Positions 21,840 to 31,673 of a stretch of DNA of 64,000 bases are shown here, in pieces (position 1 is the first letter of the stretch; each line of letters opens with the position of its first letter). Position numbers and translations under genes: made by a program. This DNA comes from Desulfobacterales bacterium (lineage in GTDB: Bacteria; Desulfobacterota; Desulfobacteria; Desulfobacterales; UBA5852). Location: NCBI GenBank assembly GCA_963674755.2, contig CAXXVS010000002.1, forward strand, positions 1,536,001-1,600,000, in the 5' to 3' direction. Below the pieces are notes generated by a model. That model was not told the DNA's origin and made no database searches. It was given only the letters and a program-made list of their open reading frames with translations.

Positions 21840-23788
21840 CAGTGACGATTCCCCGGCCCCATGGGCGTCAACAAAGGCGTGTGGGCATCGTGGACAGCCG
21901 CGTTGAGCCGGATCAGCGTTTTCTCCCCCACCACGCCGTCCACCGGTACGTGGCTGCGTTCCTGGAAACGCATCACCGCCTGTTGCAGCGCTTCATCGAA
22001 ATATCCCTCTTGTCGGTCATTGCCGGATGACGGTTCACGCCCCTCGATGCGTGCCAGACGATCCCGCAGCCAGAGCACGTCAATGCCCCGGCTGCCCTTT
22101 TGCAGCATCAGATTTTCGAGCAGCGGAGGGCGCCAGAGCAGAACAAATTGGCCGTTCCAGGCCGCCCGCACCGCCGGGGCGTCGAAGGTGCGTTCCCGGC
22201 CGCCGATGTTGAGGGTCACCTGTTGGTTCGTCATGGCGCCCACCGTCACGTAGTGCACCTGCCCGCGTTCATCGAACAGGGTCAAGACCGCCGGGCGGTT
22301 GTAGGCCGCCAGGTGCTCGAGGCGGCCCGTCCTGGAAAGGCATCGCAAACCGGCGCCCAAAGCCCGCACACAGGCGGTATGGCCCGCCAGCGCGTCGAAG
22401 TTCAACTGCCAGTACTGAAAAAGCGTCCTGTAGGCGGTTTCGGCATCCGTCTTCAGGCGCCCGCTGCCCAAAAGCGCCGTCAGATCCCCGGGCAGCGCAG
22501 CCGGCCGGTCTTCCCGCGGAACCGCCAGGGCCAGAAGATCCGTCTTGGGGGGCATCGTCTTCTCAGGGTTTTCCGGCACAGCAGCCGTAACCGATGCGGG
22601 CGCCGGCGGCGCCGGTTCGCTCCCGTCAATGAGGGCGAGCGCTTCGGGGCGCGGGTTTTCGGTTGCCGCAAGTTTCCGTTCCTGACGGAGGGCTTCCGCG
22701 GCCGGATCGTTCGTATCCTGGGGGGGGTCCGCTTGCGCCGCGGGCGATCCGGCCGGGGACGGCATCTGCGCCGCGGTCTCCCCTGCCGGTGCGGGCTTTG
22801 CAGCCGCGATCGCCTGCGATGGGGGTTTCTCCGCCAAAGGTTCGGCCGTTTCGGTTTTCGCCGCCAGGGAAGGTTCGCTCGCGATGGGCCACTGGGTATA
22901 GGCCCAGCCCCCGATAAATCCGAGCAGAAGAAGTGCCGGAATCCCCCACACCAGGCCCAACCGTCTCGGCCGGGCCGGCGCCCGGCCCTTGATTTCTTGT
23001 TCGGCCTGTCTCACCAAGGCGGGGGTGATAAGGTCCGCTTGGCGGGCATAGGCGCCCAGCAGGGCCCGGTCGCAGATGATATTGATCAGACGCGGGACCC
23101 CCTGGCTGCCCTTGTAAATCTGCCGCAGGGCCTTTGGGGTGAACAATTTCTTCCGGCAACCGGCGACCGCCAGACGATGGGCGATATAGGTCTCTGTTTC
23201 GGTAGCGGAGAGCGAGGTCAGATGATAGCGGGCCGTGATGCGCTGGTCCAGTTGCCGCAACTCCGGCCGGTCCATGATGGCCTGAAGCTCGGGCTGGCCG
23301 ATCAGGAGAATCTGGAGAAGCTTGTGGCGGGTCGTCTCCAGGTTGGTCAGCAGACGAATCTGTTCCAGCACCTCCGCGCTCAGATTTTGGGCTTCATCGA
23401 TCACCAGAACCGTGCGCTTGCCCTGGCTGTGGCGCTCCAGAAGATGGGCGTTCAAGCGATCGATCAGCGTTTTGATGCTGTCGTTTTCCCGGGGATAGCC
23501 CACGCCCAGCTCGTCGCAGATGGAGGCCACCAGTTCCAGGGCCGACTGCCGCGGGTTCAGGATTAAAGCGACGTCGACTTCTTCAGGGGTGTTCTCCAGC
23601 AGATAACGGCAAAGGGTCGTCTTGCCCGTCCCCACTTCACCCGTCAACTGGACGAACCCGCCCGTATCCCCAACTCCGTACAGGAGGTGGGCAAAGGCTT
23701 CCCTGTGATCGTGACTGAGGAAAAGAAAACCGGGATCCGGCGTTATGGAAAAAGGAGCCTGCGTGAAACCGAAATAATCAATGTACAT
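21839..23788 (-). CDS. exeA: ExeA/GspA AAA ATPase with C-terminal peptidoglycan-binding domain
   Basis: MYIDYFGF...PFSITPDP, GEVGTGKT, IDEAQ, C-terminal VDGVVGEKT PG-binding motif. Confidence 0.92.
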   Translation of the reverse strand: MYIDYFGFTQAPFSITPDPGFLFLSHDHREAFAHLLYGVGDTGGFVQLTGEVGTGKTTLCRYLLENTPEEVDVALILNPRQSALELVASICDELGVGYPRENDSIKTLIDRLNAHLLERHSQGKRTVLVIDEAQNLSAEVLEQIRLLTNLETTRHKLLQILLIGQPELQAIMDRPELRQLDQRITARYHLTSLSATETETYIAHRLAVAGCRKKLFTPKALRQIYKGSQGVPRLINIICDRALLGAYARQADLITPALVRQAEQEIKGRAPARPRRLGLVWGIPALLLLGFIGGWAYTQWPIASEPSLAAKTETAEPLAEKPPSQAIAAAKPAPAGETAAQMPSPAGSPAAQADPPQDTNDPAAEALRQERKLAATENPRPEALALIDGSEPAPPAPASVTAAVPENPEKTMPPKTDLLALAVPREDRPAALPGDLTALLGSGRLKTDAETAYRTLFQYWQLNFDALAGHTACVRALGAGLRCLSRTGRLEHLAAYNRPAVLTLFDERGQVHYVTVGAMTNQQVTLNIGGRERTFDAPAVRAAWNGQFVLLWRPPLLENLMLQKGSRGIDVLWLRDRLARIEGREPSSGNDRQEGYFDEALQQAVMRFQERSHVPVDGVVGEKTLIRLNAAVHDAHTPLLTPMGPGNRH

Positions 23789-23920
23789 ATGCTGTCCACC
23801 GCGCCCGGGCTGGAAAACGCGTTTTTCCGGGGGCACCCATTTCGGTAATCTGCTGCGTGAAAAAAAAGAGCATGTACAGACGTCACTTTTGAAATAAATA
23901 CAGAAATTTGGGCACGCCTG

Positions 23921-24451
23921 TCAATAGGAGACGGGCGGTTTGCCGGACAGAACCCGTCGAACCCAAGCGGTGAATTTGCAGGGGGTGCGCATGACGAGAA
24001 ACCAGCCCAGCTTGTAGAAGCCGCGCTTGACCGCTTTGATTTCCGGCGCGATCCCGTCGGTGCTGCTGCAAAAGGTCGTCAGGCAGACCTCGGCCCGGGC
24101 GGTGGCCGGCAGGATGCAGGGCCCTTGGCCGTCCGCCAGGAAAACGCAGTCGGCGGCATAGAACGGGATTTCTTCTTCCAGACAGGTGGCCATGCGGTCG
24201 CGGCAGTCACCCGCCACGGTGAGGATGTAAACCAGATCCCAGACCCCGATAATTGCGTCGAGCTGAATATTGCGGCAGCACAGCCCCTGGCAGACATGGA
24301 TGCAGCGCGCCATGGCGGGGCCGGACTTGGCCAGGAGCTCGGCCTCGGCGGATTGGATCGCATCGCAGATTTGGCCCAGACGGACCTTGTCGTCCGGCCC
24401 CAATCGCGCCAGGATACGCTCCGCTTCGGCAAAGTCCGCGCTGATGCCCAT
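23921..24451 (-). CDS. Cys-rich hypothetical protein (YkgJ-like cluster)
   Basis: CIHVCQGLCC...CVFL...C...RAEVC pattern. Confidence 0.7.
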   Translation of the reverse strand: MGISADFAEAERILARLGPDDKVRLGQICDAIQSAEAELLAKSGPAMARCIHVCQGLCCRNIQLDAIIGVWDLVYILTVAGDCRDRMATCLEEEIPFYAADCVFLADGQGPCILPATARAEVCLTTFCSSTDGIAPEIKAVKRGFYKLGWFLVMRTPCKFTAWVRRVLSGKPPVSY

Positions 24452-24727
24452 GCGCCCCCTTTCGGGCAGTCGTGCTCCCCAATGCATCCTTTATGAAGGA
24501 AGGTGACGCAAACCGCAAGGGGCGTGGAAGGGCGGCGTCACATCAAGACCCGCCGGATCGCGCTGCGGCGTCATTCCTCCACACGGTGAACAGGTTGCAT
24601 AGGCCTTAACGCTGTTTTATCTCCTGAACACAGGGGCGTGTTAGCCGGGCACGACCGCACCAACTTTCGGGCGGCACGCCGTTTCGATGAAAAGCACGGC
24701 TTCGCTAGGAAAGGCAATTTTATAAGT

Positions 24728-24897
24728 AGTGTCCGTCCAGAGATGGTAAATTTCGGTTCTGGCCAAAGCCGCAGCGATTTGAAAACCGACGGCGTAGCCG
24801 TATGAGCGATAGTGTTGCGTAGCTGGGCTACGGCGAGGATTTCCACAGCGCAAGAAAGCCGGCCGGGGCTGAAAGATGCCGTTTATGGATAGGCAGT
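24728..24897 (-). repeat. ~170-bp MITE/REP-like element, copy 1
   Basis: Ends AGTGTCCGTCC...GGATAGGCAGT. Its reverse complement aligns with the element split by IS21 (36910-39301) and with 61285-61427. Confidence 0.7.
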
Positions 24898-24943
24898 GCG
24901 ACTCCTCCTGCCTAGCGGGAGATCTCGGGAAGCCCTTTCGAAG

Positions 24944-25175
24944 GGGGCTTGAAAAAGGTTTCTGAGGTTCGGCTTTTGAATTTCCCTTTGTCCCGCGCTG
25001 AGCATCGGCGCGGCGGACGGATTAAAGCGCGCGGACTGTTTGAGTCCGCCGTAGCCTTGGCGAAGGCGGGCGAGTTTCCGCGTGCTCCGGCCGCCGTGAC
25101 GACGCGCAGGGAGAAGCGGGACACGGGCGTTTTCTTTTGCTTCCGTTTTCTTTCACGTGAAAGAAAATGAAGAAA
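24944..25175. repeat. Structured REP-like intergenic element
   Basis: Hairpin CCGCCGTAGCCTTGGCGAAGGCGG at 25046-25069 and perfect palindrome TTTTCTTTCACGTGAAAGAAAA at 25146-25167. Confidence 0.5.
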
Positions 25176-25316
25176 CCAATTGATGTAAAGGCACCCCGGA
25201 TCGGTCGAACCTCTTCGCGTACTCCATCAGAGGTGGAGGGTTTAGAATAAAGAACAAAAAATGTCTCTGCTGACAAGCGTACCGCAACCCCTTAAAAACA
25301 ACGGAGCGTATACCCG

Positions 25317-26147
25317 ATGCAAACCATCAAGAATCAGATTATCCTGGTAACCGGGTCAACAGACGGCCTGGGCAAGCAGGTTGCCCAAGACCTGGCAGCC
25401 CAGGGGGCGACCATCCTCATGCACGGCCGCCACCCGGCCAAAGGAGAGGCCGTGCTGCAGGATGTCCGGCAGTCCACCGGCAACCCTAACCTCACCTACT
25501 ACAACGCCGACTTGGCCTCCCTCGATGCGGTGCGGCAGCTCTGCGAACAGCTACAGGCCGACCAGACGCGGCTGGATGTGCTCATCAACAACGCCGGCCT
25601 GGGGCCGGGTGCACGGCAATCCCGGCGCGAGCAGAGTACTGACGGCCATGAATTGCGGTTTGCCGTCAACTACCTGGCACCCTACCTGTTGACCTATCGC
25701 TTGCTTCCGCTGCTCCGCCGGTCGCCGGCCGCGCGCATCGTCAATGTCGCTTCCATCGGCCAGCAGCCCATTGAATTCGACAATATCATGCTGGAGGATG
25801 GCTACGACGGCCTGCGGGCCTACCGCCAGAGCAAACTGGCCCAGATCATGTTTACCTTCGACCTGGCCGGGGAGCTCGAGGGATCCGGCATTACCGTCAA
25901 TTGCCTGCACCCGGCGACCCTGATGAACACCAAAATGGTGGTTGAAACAGACTACTTCGGGGGCGGCATGAGCACCGTGGCCCAGGGGGCGCAGGCTGTG
26001 GTGTATCTCGCCACCGCCCCCGAACTGGACAATGTCACGGGGCAGTTCTATGACGGCATGCGGTCAGCACGGGCCAATGCGCAGGCCTATGACAGGGAAG
26101 CCCGCCGCCAGCTGCGGGCGCTAAGCCGGCAGCTTACTGGGCTATGA
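25317..26147 (+). CDS. Short-chain dehydrogenase/reductase
   Basis: TGSTDGLG, NNAG, YRQSK catalytic motif. Confidence 0.95.
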   Translation: MQTIKNQIILVTGSTDGLGKQVAQDLAAQGATILMHGRHPAKGEAVLQDVRQSTGNPNLTYYNADLASLDAVRQLCEQLQADQTRLDVLINNAGLGPGARQSRREQSTDGHELRFAVNYLAPYLLTYRLLPLLRRSPAARIVNVASIGQQPIEFDNIMLEDGYDGLRAYRQSKLAQIMFTFDLAGELEGSGITVNCLHPATLMNTKMVVETDYFGGGMSTVAQGAQAVVYLATAPELDNVTGQFYDGMRSARANAQAYDREARRQLRALSRQLTGL

Positions 26148-26654
26148 CCGCGCTAAGGTGAGCGGTGTGTCGTTTACGCGATGGTATACAACCACCCGTT
26201 ACCGCATTTGCATAACTGGGATCCTAAAGCCCTATCCCCCTCTCGATCCCGGATAAACCCTATCGCCTGTCTTTGCATTTCCCATGCGCATTTTTCCCGT
26301 AAAAATTGCTCTCAAGTGATTGTAGGTATTGCAAGAGACCGTCGTATACAGTATATGCGAAATAGTTCTTTCCTTTGCTTCAAAAAATAATTGGGAAGGG
26401 GTTCGGTTTTTACCTACCCACAAGGCACCCAGTTCACATTCTTAGCCAATAACCTGCCCCCTCCTTTATCAGTTGTTTTTATTCAACCTTTCCTGTTTTG
26501 CCAAAATCTTGAATTCTTAAGGCTACCCTATAGGTACGCCTTTTCGAAAATAGTAAGTGGGTTTTTAGATCTCTTCTGCGGAGGCGGCGGGCTTCTGTTG
26601 ATGATTCATGTTCGCTAATCGAGTGTGATGAAATCGGATATTTGAAAGGACATA

Positions 26655-26728
26655 AGGATCAGGTCTCAATATTTACCAAACCAAAAGTCTGGTTCCAACT
26701 AATTTGTCAGATGTTGAGACCCGACCCC
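26655..26728 (+). repeat. Family A inverted-repeat element, copy 1
   Basis: GGATCAGGTCTCAATATTTACCAAA, ~22-nt spacer, TTTGTCAGATGTTGAGACCCGACCCC. Confidence 0.85.
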
Positions 26729-26985
26729 TGATCCTTTTTCTGGACTAGAAGTGTCTCAAAATAATTTTCCGCGTAACTATGTCGCTGCGACATAATTACG
26801 CTAATAAGCGGTAAAAGACGCAAATTGAGGAAAAGGTTGTGATCTACATATTTTGTTTACTTTAGGTATCACACTGTTATGATGTAAAAATATCAATAAA
26901 CGCGAAGTCATGCATCGAGACCCGAAAAGTGTCTCATATTTCAGTTTCCGTCAAAAAGTTGAAAACTATTTAATATTATAGTTCG

Positions 26986-27372
26986 ATGACCAATATGACA
27001 TCTACAAACAACAATATTCTCATCAATGCTGATGACACCGTAAGAGATATAGTGGACCGGATAATGGCAATTTTATCTGAAAATAAAGCCAATTTATCCA
27101 AATTGAAAAATGAAATATGCCTTCTTTTGGAGCACTTGACAACGGAAGAAGGAAGAACCGATCTAAATTGTAAGGCTGTCGATTATTATTTTATGAATAA
27201 TGACCTGTGGGCTGAAAAAGATTTCCCAGATGAATTGCATGATATTTTTGCGGACATCTCTGGGGCTTTGCACGATACAATTTCATCGCCTGATGTGGCA
27301 AAAAATTTTGATTCAACTCCAGAGCAACTGCTGGAAAGACTAAGAAAGGTTCGCATCGAACCAGGGCATTAA
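26986..27372 (+). CDS. Hypothetical cassette-borne protein
   Basis: 128-aa AT-rich ORF whose stop lies inside the attC site. Confidence 0.7.
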   Translation: MTNMTSTNNNILINADDTVRDIVDRIMAILSENKANLSKLKNEICLLLEHLTTEEGRTDLNCKAVDYYFMNNDLWAEKDFPDELHDIFADISGALHDTISSPDVAKNFDSTPEQLLERLRKVRIEPGH

Positions 27373-27416
27373 GGGCGACGGCCAAAAGCCGCCGCGCCTT
27401 ATGCCCGCCGTTAAGC
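27355..27416 (+). mobile_element. Integron attC recombination site
   Basis: R'' ATCGAAC; arms GGGCATTAAGG and CCTTATGCCC with an extrahelical base; central hairpin GCGACGGC-CAAAA-GCCGCCGC; R' core GTTAAGC. Confidence 0.85.
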
Positions 27417-27430
27417 GTAAATTAAAACTT

Positions 27431-27940
27431 ATGGATATCGAACCAGAAATCAAAGAGCTTTCTGAGTTTTTAGACGAATTCAACAAAGAAAGCGACAGGG
27501 GCGCTGTTCTTAATGCTGCAACAGTCCTTGATGAATGGCTGCTAAGCATAATTAAAGAGTTTTTAGTGGATAACCAATCTTCGAAAGAACTGTTAACTGG
27601 ATTCAATGCTCCACTTGGCACTTTTTCTTCAAGAGCAGCTGCAGCACATGCGCTAGGGTTAATCCAAGACAATGAATTTCAAGAAATCACAACAATTAGA
27701 AAAATCAGAAATGAATTTGGTCACAACTAGAGAGGTATTTCATTCAAAACACAAAAAATCTCAGACCTTGCAAACAATTTACCGTGGCTTGGACCTCCTG
27801 AAATAGAGAAGCAATCAAGCCTAAGAGTGCGTTTTGATTTTGTGGTTGCTGTTTTATTAACAGATCTATTGTGGCGTTCTCGAATGATAAAAAACGAAAA
27901 AAGAGAAATGAAGATTTGGCCAAACAGAGCCAGAAAATAG
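27431..27940 (+). pseudogene. MtlR-like HEPN-family cassette gene with internal TAG
   Basis: ESDRGAVL...PLGTFSSR...IRKIRNEFGH. TAG at 27728-27730, then the frame stays open (RGISF...LPWLGP...) to TAG 27940. Flanked by GTTAAGC (27410) and GCTTAAC (27950). Confidence 0.8.
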
Positions 27941-28055
27941 CTATGGCTCGCTTAACAAAGCCATTAAGACGGACCGCAATCGCGCTCGATGAACGCAAGA
28001 GCAGTAGTCGTGGTGAGAAAACCGTTAACCCAAATTTCAGTGTAGGGATAAGATT

Positions 28056-28187
28056 GGGGTCGCATCTTAATTGTTAACTATTGACATCTGCGTTATATCA
28101 GTTCTCTATACCCTATACCGACCGACGATTCCGAAATAGAATGTGGTAACTTAAACATCGTATAATTAATAATTAAGATGCGACCCT
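28056..28187 (+). repeat. Family B inverted-repeat element, copy 1 (complete)
   Basis: GGGGTCGCATCTTAATTGTT...AATAATTAAGATGCGACCC; internal sequence shared with 36428-36552. Confidence 0.9.
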
Positions 28188-28217
28188 CTTTCTCTTCCTT
28201 ATGTATCGAAAAAACAA

Positions 28218-28859
28218 ATGGGTTTATTAATGAATGACGAAATATCAAAAGCTATAGCAAAAGCCGGCGTTGAGGGAGGGATAGAGGCTGCTAAGGGTTT
28301 TCTTAGAAGATTAGCAGGCCCTGCTGTTGATGAATTAGGATTTCTATTGCAGGATCAAGTAAGGTTTTTTAGGCTTAAAAATCAGCTAAAAATATTATCA
28401 AAAGCCCAAAATATGATACTAAAGTCTGGCCTTTCTCCAGGGGCTATCCCACTTAGGACTTTGATCCCGTTACTGGAGGGGGCAGCTCTAGAGAATGATG
28501 AATATCTATCCAGCAAGTGGGCTGCTTTATTGGCCAATGCATCCATCGGTAAAAATGATATTGCAACGCACCCATCATTCCCACACATCCTTTCGCAACT
28601 CTCACCAGATGAGGCTTTGTTTTTGGATAAATTGGAAACATATGGTGGCGAGACTAATTGGAGTATATTCCGTAGAAATTTTGCTGCCGATTTTTCGAAG
28701 TCTATTGAAGAAGTAGATCAATATTTTGGAAACCTATTTCGCTTAGCACTGTGTCGAATATCTAACAAGGAAGCAGGAAAGCCATATAGCTCGTTATCAA
28801 TTGGGCCATTTGGCAAAAAATTCCTAAAAGCGTGCTCTTCTATCGACAATAATGCATAG
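28218..28859 (+). CDS. Abi-alpha (DUF4393)-like protein
   Basis: IPLLEGAALE...KWAALLANA...HPSFPHILSQLSPDEA. Confidence 0.8.
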   Translation: MGLLMNDEISKAIAKAGVEGGIEAAKGFLRRLAGPAVDELGFLLQDQVRFFRLKNQLKILSKAQNMILKSGLSPGAIPLRTLIPLLEGAALENDEYLSSKWAALLANASIGKNDIATHPSFPHILSQLSPDEALFLDKLETYGGETNWSIFRRNFAADFSKSIEEVDQYFGNLFRLALCRISNKEAGKPYSSLSIGPFGKKFLKACSSIDNNA

Positions 28860-28942
28860 TCAGTTGTTGGCGCATACAGAAAATATTTCTCGATTCTATA
28901 ATATCTTGTTTGATTAACTATTTTTAAATATACTTAGCTATT

Positions 28943-30094
28943 ATGAATAGGCCAATAACCCGCGAAAACCCTATGTTTCGGACAGGAAGCGATATCAATC
29001 TTAACGCTTGTGTAGGTTATAATGGATTTCCGAACATCCACACCTATCAGTTTGGGTACCATCAAGCTGTAGTCTCATTAATTGCGACCGCAAAAGAGAA
29101 GACCTACGATTCGGATTCATTGATTTACCCAATTTTATTTTGTGCAAGGCATGCGATAGAGCTTTTTCTCAAAAAACAAATTTATCTTTTATCAGATGTT
29201 AAGGCTATTACTTTGGATAGTGATTCTGAGAACCGCCTGCTAACTGCACACAGCTTGTATTCTTTATGGAATAATTTCAAAGACCTCTCAAAAATAGATA
29301 AGAGGTATGACTCCTTTATCGATAAATTGGAGCCTCATATTAAATGTTTTTGTGATGTGGATGATACGGGCCAAACTTTTCGATACCCCTTGGATGTAGA
29401 TGGCAAACGTCATCTAACAGAGTTCGGTTGCATCAATATCGGAATTTTCAGCAAAAAATATGAATCGATGTATAAAATCATCGAAGAAGTCGTTCTTCTG
29501 ACTGAGTATATTAAAGCCGAGTACAAACAGGGCACATTTATTAAAGAATTGTCTAGAGAACAAATTTCTGAAATTGCTCACATGCTTCCGATAAGAAGGA
29601 ATTGGGTTACAGATGACTTTTCAAAAGCGAAAAACGATATTTGTGCTGAATATGGCATAGGCTCAAGAACCTTTTCAAGGACTCTTAACCTGATTCAGAA
29701 GCACCGGGAGTTTGCATCATATATTGGGATGGAACTGCCCTTAAATGAGATTACTTCACACGAATTGAAAATATTTATCAATTTGTTTAATAAACACAGA
29801 AAAAGATTCAGAACTGATGATTATATCGCCATTATAAATGATTTCCCAAACGAGGTATGCGAAAACCTTTCGAACGATAATATTTATGCTATTTCGGCTA
29901 TTTTTGACATATCATTTTTTGATTTATTCAGTGAAGAGTATGATTCTGACATTGAAAGAAATAGAAAGCGTGATGATCCATTTGGTATTGTATTCAATAA
30001 TATATCTGTAAGGCGTGGCATTGTCTTAAAACATATAAAACGTGGGCTTGGTAGATTAGGCCAGATAACTTTACTCAAAGTTTTTGACGAATAA
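28943..30094 (+). CDS. Hypothetical protein with divergent HEPN-like N-terminal domain
   Basis: YPILFCARHAIELFLK...HSLYSLW...DDTGQTFRYP pattern; 383 aa, AT-rich. Confidence 0.7.
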   Translation: MNRPITRENPMFRTGSDINLNACVGYNGFPNIHTYQFGYHQAVVSLIATAKEKTYDSDSLIYPILFCARHAIELFLKKQIYLLSDVKAITLDSDSENRLLTAHSLYSLWNNFKDLSKIDKRYDSFIDKLEPHIKCFCDVDDTGQTFRYPLDVDGKRHLTEFGCINIGIFSKKYESMYKIIEEVVLLTEYIKAEYKQGTFIKELSREQISEIAHMLPIRRNWVTDDFSKAKNDICAEYGIGSRTFSRTLNLIQKHREFASYIGMELPLNEITSHELKIFINLFNKHRKRFRTDDYIAIINDFPNEVCENLSNDNIYAISAIFDISFFDLFSEEYDSDIERNRKRDDPFGIVFNNISVRRGIVLKHIKRGLGRLGQITLLKVFDE

Positions 30095-30104
30095 GAAGGA
30101 TCAC

Positions 30105-30184
30105 TGGGTCAGATCTCAACATTTTACAGCCCAGTAATAACGGTTCCAGCAAAATAAAGTTGTCAAACGTTGAGATCAGACTCA
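30105..30184 (+). repeat. Family A inverted-repeat element, copy 2
   Basis: GGGTCAGATCTCAACATTTTACA...TGTCAAACGTTGAGATCAGACTC. Confidence 0.85.
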
Positions 30185-30334
30185 GCGGTTTTTTTAATTT
30201 CAGATATTCGGATGAAATTCCTGTCAATCACTAGTTAGAAATAAAATAATGAGCAGAAACCTTACCAGAATATTTAAAAAATTAAATTTTAAACATCGGA
30301 TTCTACTTTCAAAACACAACGATCGTAGACTCCA

Positions 30335-30919
30335 ATGGAAAGTTTTAGAAAAAAAGCTGAATCAATTTTCAATGAAATAATTCAGCAAGCAAAGGATTGT
30401 AGCTTTTGGGAAAATCTTTATATTCAAAAAAGTCCAGAAAAGTGTAAAACCATATTTGAAGGTGAGAAGTATTTAAATTTCAATATGATTGCACTTTCAT
30501 ATGGGAGTCATCCAACAGATATATCCGTCGAGATATACAAATCTGGAAAAAGAGTAAACGAACGTACAATTTCAGAAACCGGGGGTGCATTCTTAATTTC
30601 CCAGATTCCAAACGGTGGCGTCACTTTTTATCTATATTCTTCTAGTTCTGAATTGCATAAAGCAGATGAATATCCAAAACTGATAAGAGTATACAAAAAG
30701 CCATGTGATGTAAAAGAAAGGCAAATTTGGAGATGTGCAATTCGATTACTAAATTTTTCACATGACACCTCTTATGCTTCTTTCTATCCTTACCATAAAT
30801 ATTTGTATGAGCTTGCGAATAAACATAAAAGAGATTTTTTATTTTTATTGATCGGTGCTTTTATGTCTTATTTTATAGCATTTATTTTTGAAAACTTAAC
30901 AAATATTTTTTCTGGATGA
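30335..30919 (+). CDS. Hypothetical cassette protein with C-terminal TM (possibly frameshifted from ATG 30249)
   Basis: 194-aa ORF bracketed by GTTAGAAAT (30234) and ATTTCTAAC (ends 30932). Confidence 0.65.
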   Translation: MESFRKKAESIFNEIIQQAKDCSFWENLYIQKSPEKCKTIFEGEKYLNFNMIALSYGSHPTDISVEIYKSGKRVNERTISETGGAFLISQIPNGGVTFYLYSSSSELHKADEYPKLIRVYKKPCDVKERQIWRCAIRLLNFSHDTSYASFYPYHKYLYELANKHKRDFLFLLIGAFMSYFIAFIFENLTNIFSG

Positions 30920-30968
30920 AATAATTTCTAACAAGTGCGAAATCGCAGTCTTTTATCGAAAGAGAATG

Positions 30969-31043
30969 AGGGTTGGCTTTTAACATTTTATAAACCAAAA
31001 CTTATGGTTTCAACTAATTTGCTAAATGTTGAAAACTGGCACA
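30969..31043 (+). repeat. Family A inverted-repeat element, copy 3 (degenerate)
   Basis: GGGTTGGCTTTTAACATTTTATAAACCAAAACTTATGGTTTCAACTAATTTGCTAAATGTTGAAAACTGGCAC. Confidence 0.75.
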
Positions 31044-31080
31044 AGATTATTTTCGTAACTTAGTTAGGCGAGAAGAAAAT

Positions 31081-31659
31081 ATGAAAGTAGAAATTATAAT
31101 ACCACTAATTGGTGTACTTCTTGGTTGGTTTCTAAATGAAATCAGTCAGGCAATTAGACAAAGCAGAGAAAATAAACCCTTTTTGGCACAAGCTATTGGT
31201 TCAATTTGTTGCATTTTATTCATACTTGAACGTAAAAGAAACTATTTAAACAGTGCTATCTACGCGGGAAAGCTCAGCGAGCACGGACACGAATTTTTAA
31301 ACTCTATCCTGCAAAACAAAGAAAATGAAATTAGAACCATAAGGGAAAAATCAGTATCAGCTGTTTCAAACCTAGACAAATTTGAACCTTTTATCTCACA
31401 TGAGTTAGACTTTTTCATGTTATATGCCTTAGATCTTGATGAAAAGATACAAAATAAATTACATAATATTGAAACGAACCTTGAAGAAATTCAGCGATTA
31501 GTAAGAGAGTTGAATATTGCTATTAAAAAATTTCATTTTATTATAAAGAAACTGACGTTAAAGCACAGCGTCTCAATGTATTTTAAGTATAGATGTGAAG
31601 CAAGAAAGAATAATAGTGACAAGATAGATTCTTTTGTTGAGGTATTCCAGCAAATTTAA
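31081..31659 (+). CDS. Hypothetical protein with N-terminal TM
   Basis: 192-aa AT-rich ORF starting 11 nt after the core-like GTTAGGC (31063-31069). Confidence 0.7.
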   Translation: MKVEIIIPLIGVLLGWFLNEISQAIRQSRENKPFLAQAIGSICCILFILERKRNYLNSAIYAGKLSEHGHEFLNSILQNKENEIRTIREKSVSAVSNLDKFEPFISHELDFFMLYALDLDEKIQNKLHNIETNLEEIQRLVRELNIAIKKFHFIIKKLTLKHSVSMYFKYRCEARKNNSDKIDSFVEVFQQI

Positions 31660-31673
31660 AGAATAAGAGCCAT

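Noticed and set aside
27728..27730. Pyrrolysine or other programmed readthrough of the TAG
   Set aside because: No pyl genes are in the window; a single TGG-to-TAG change in a decaying array is simpler.
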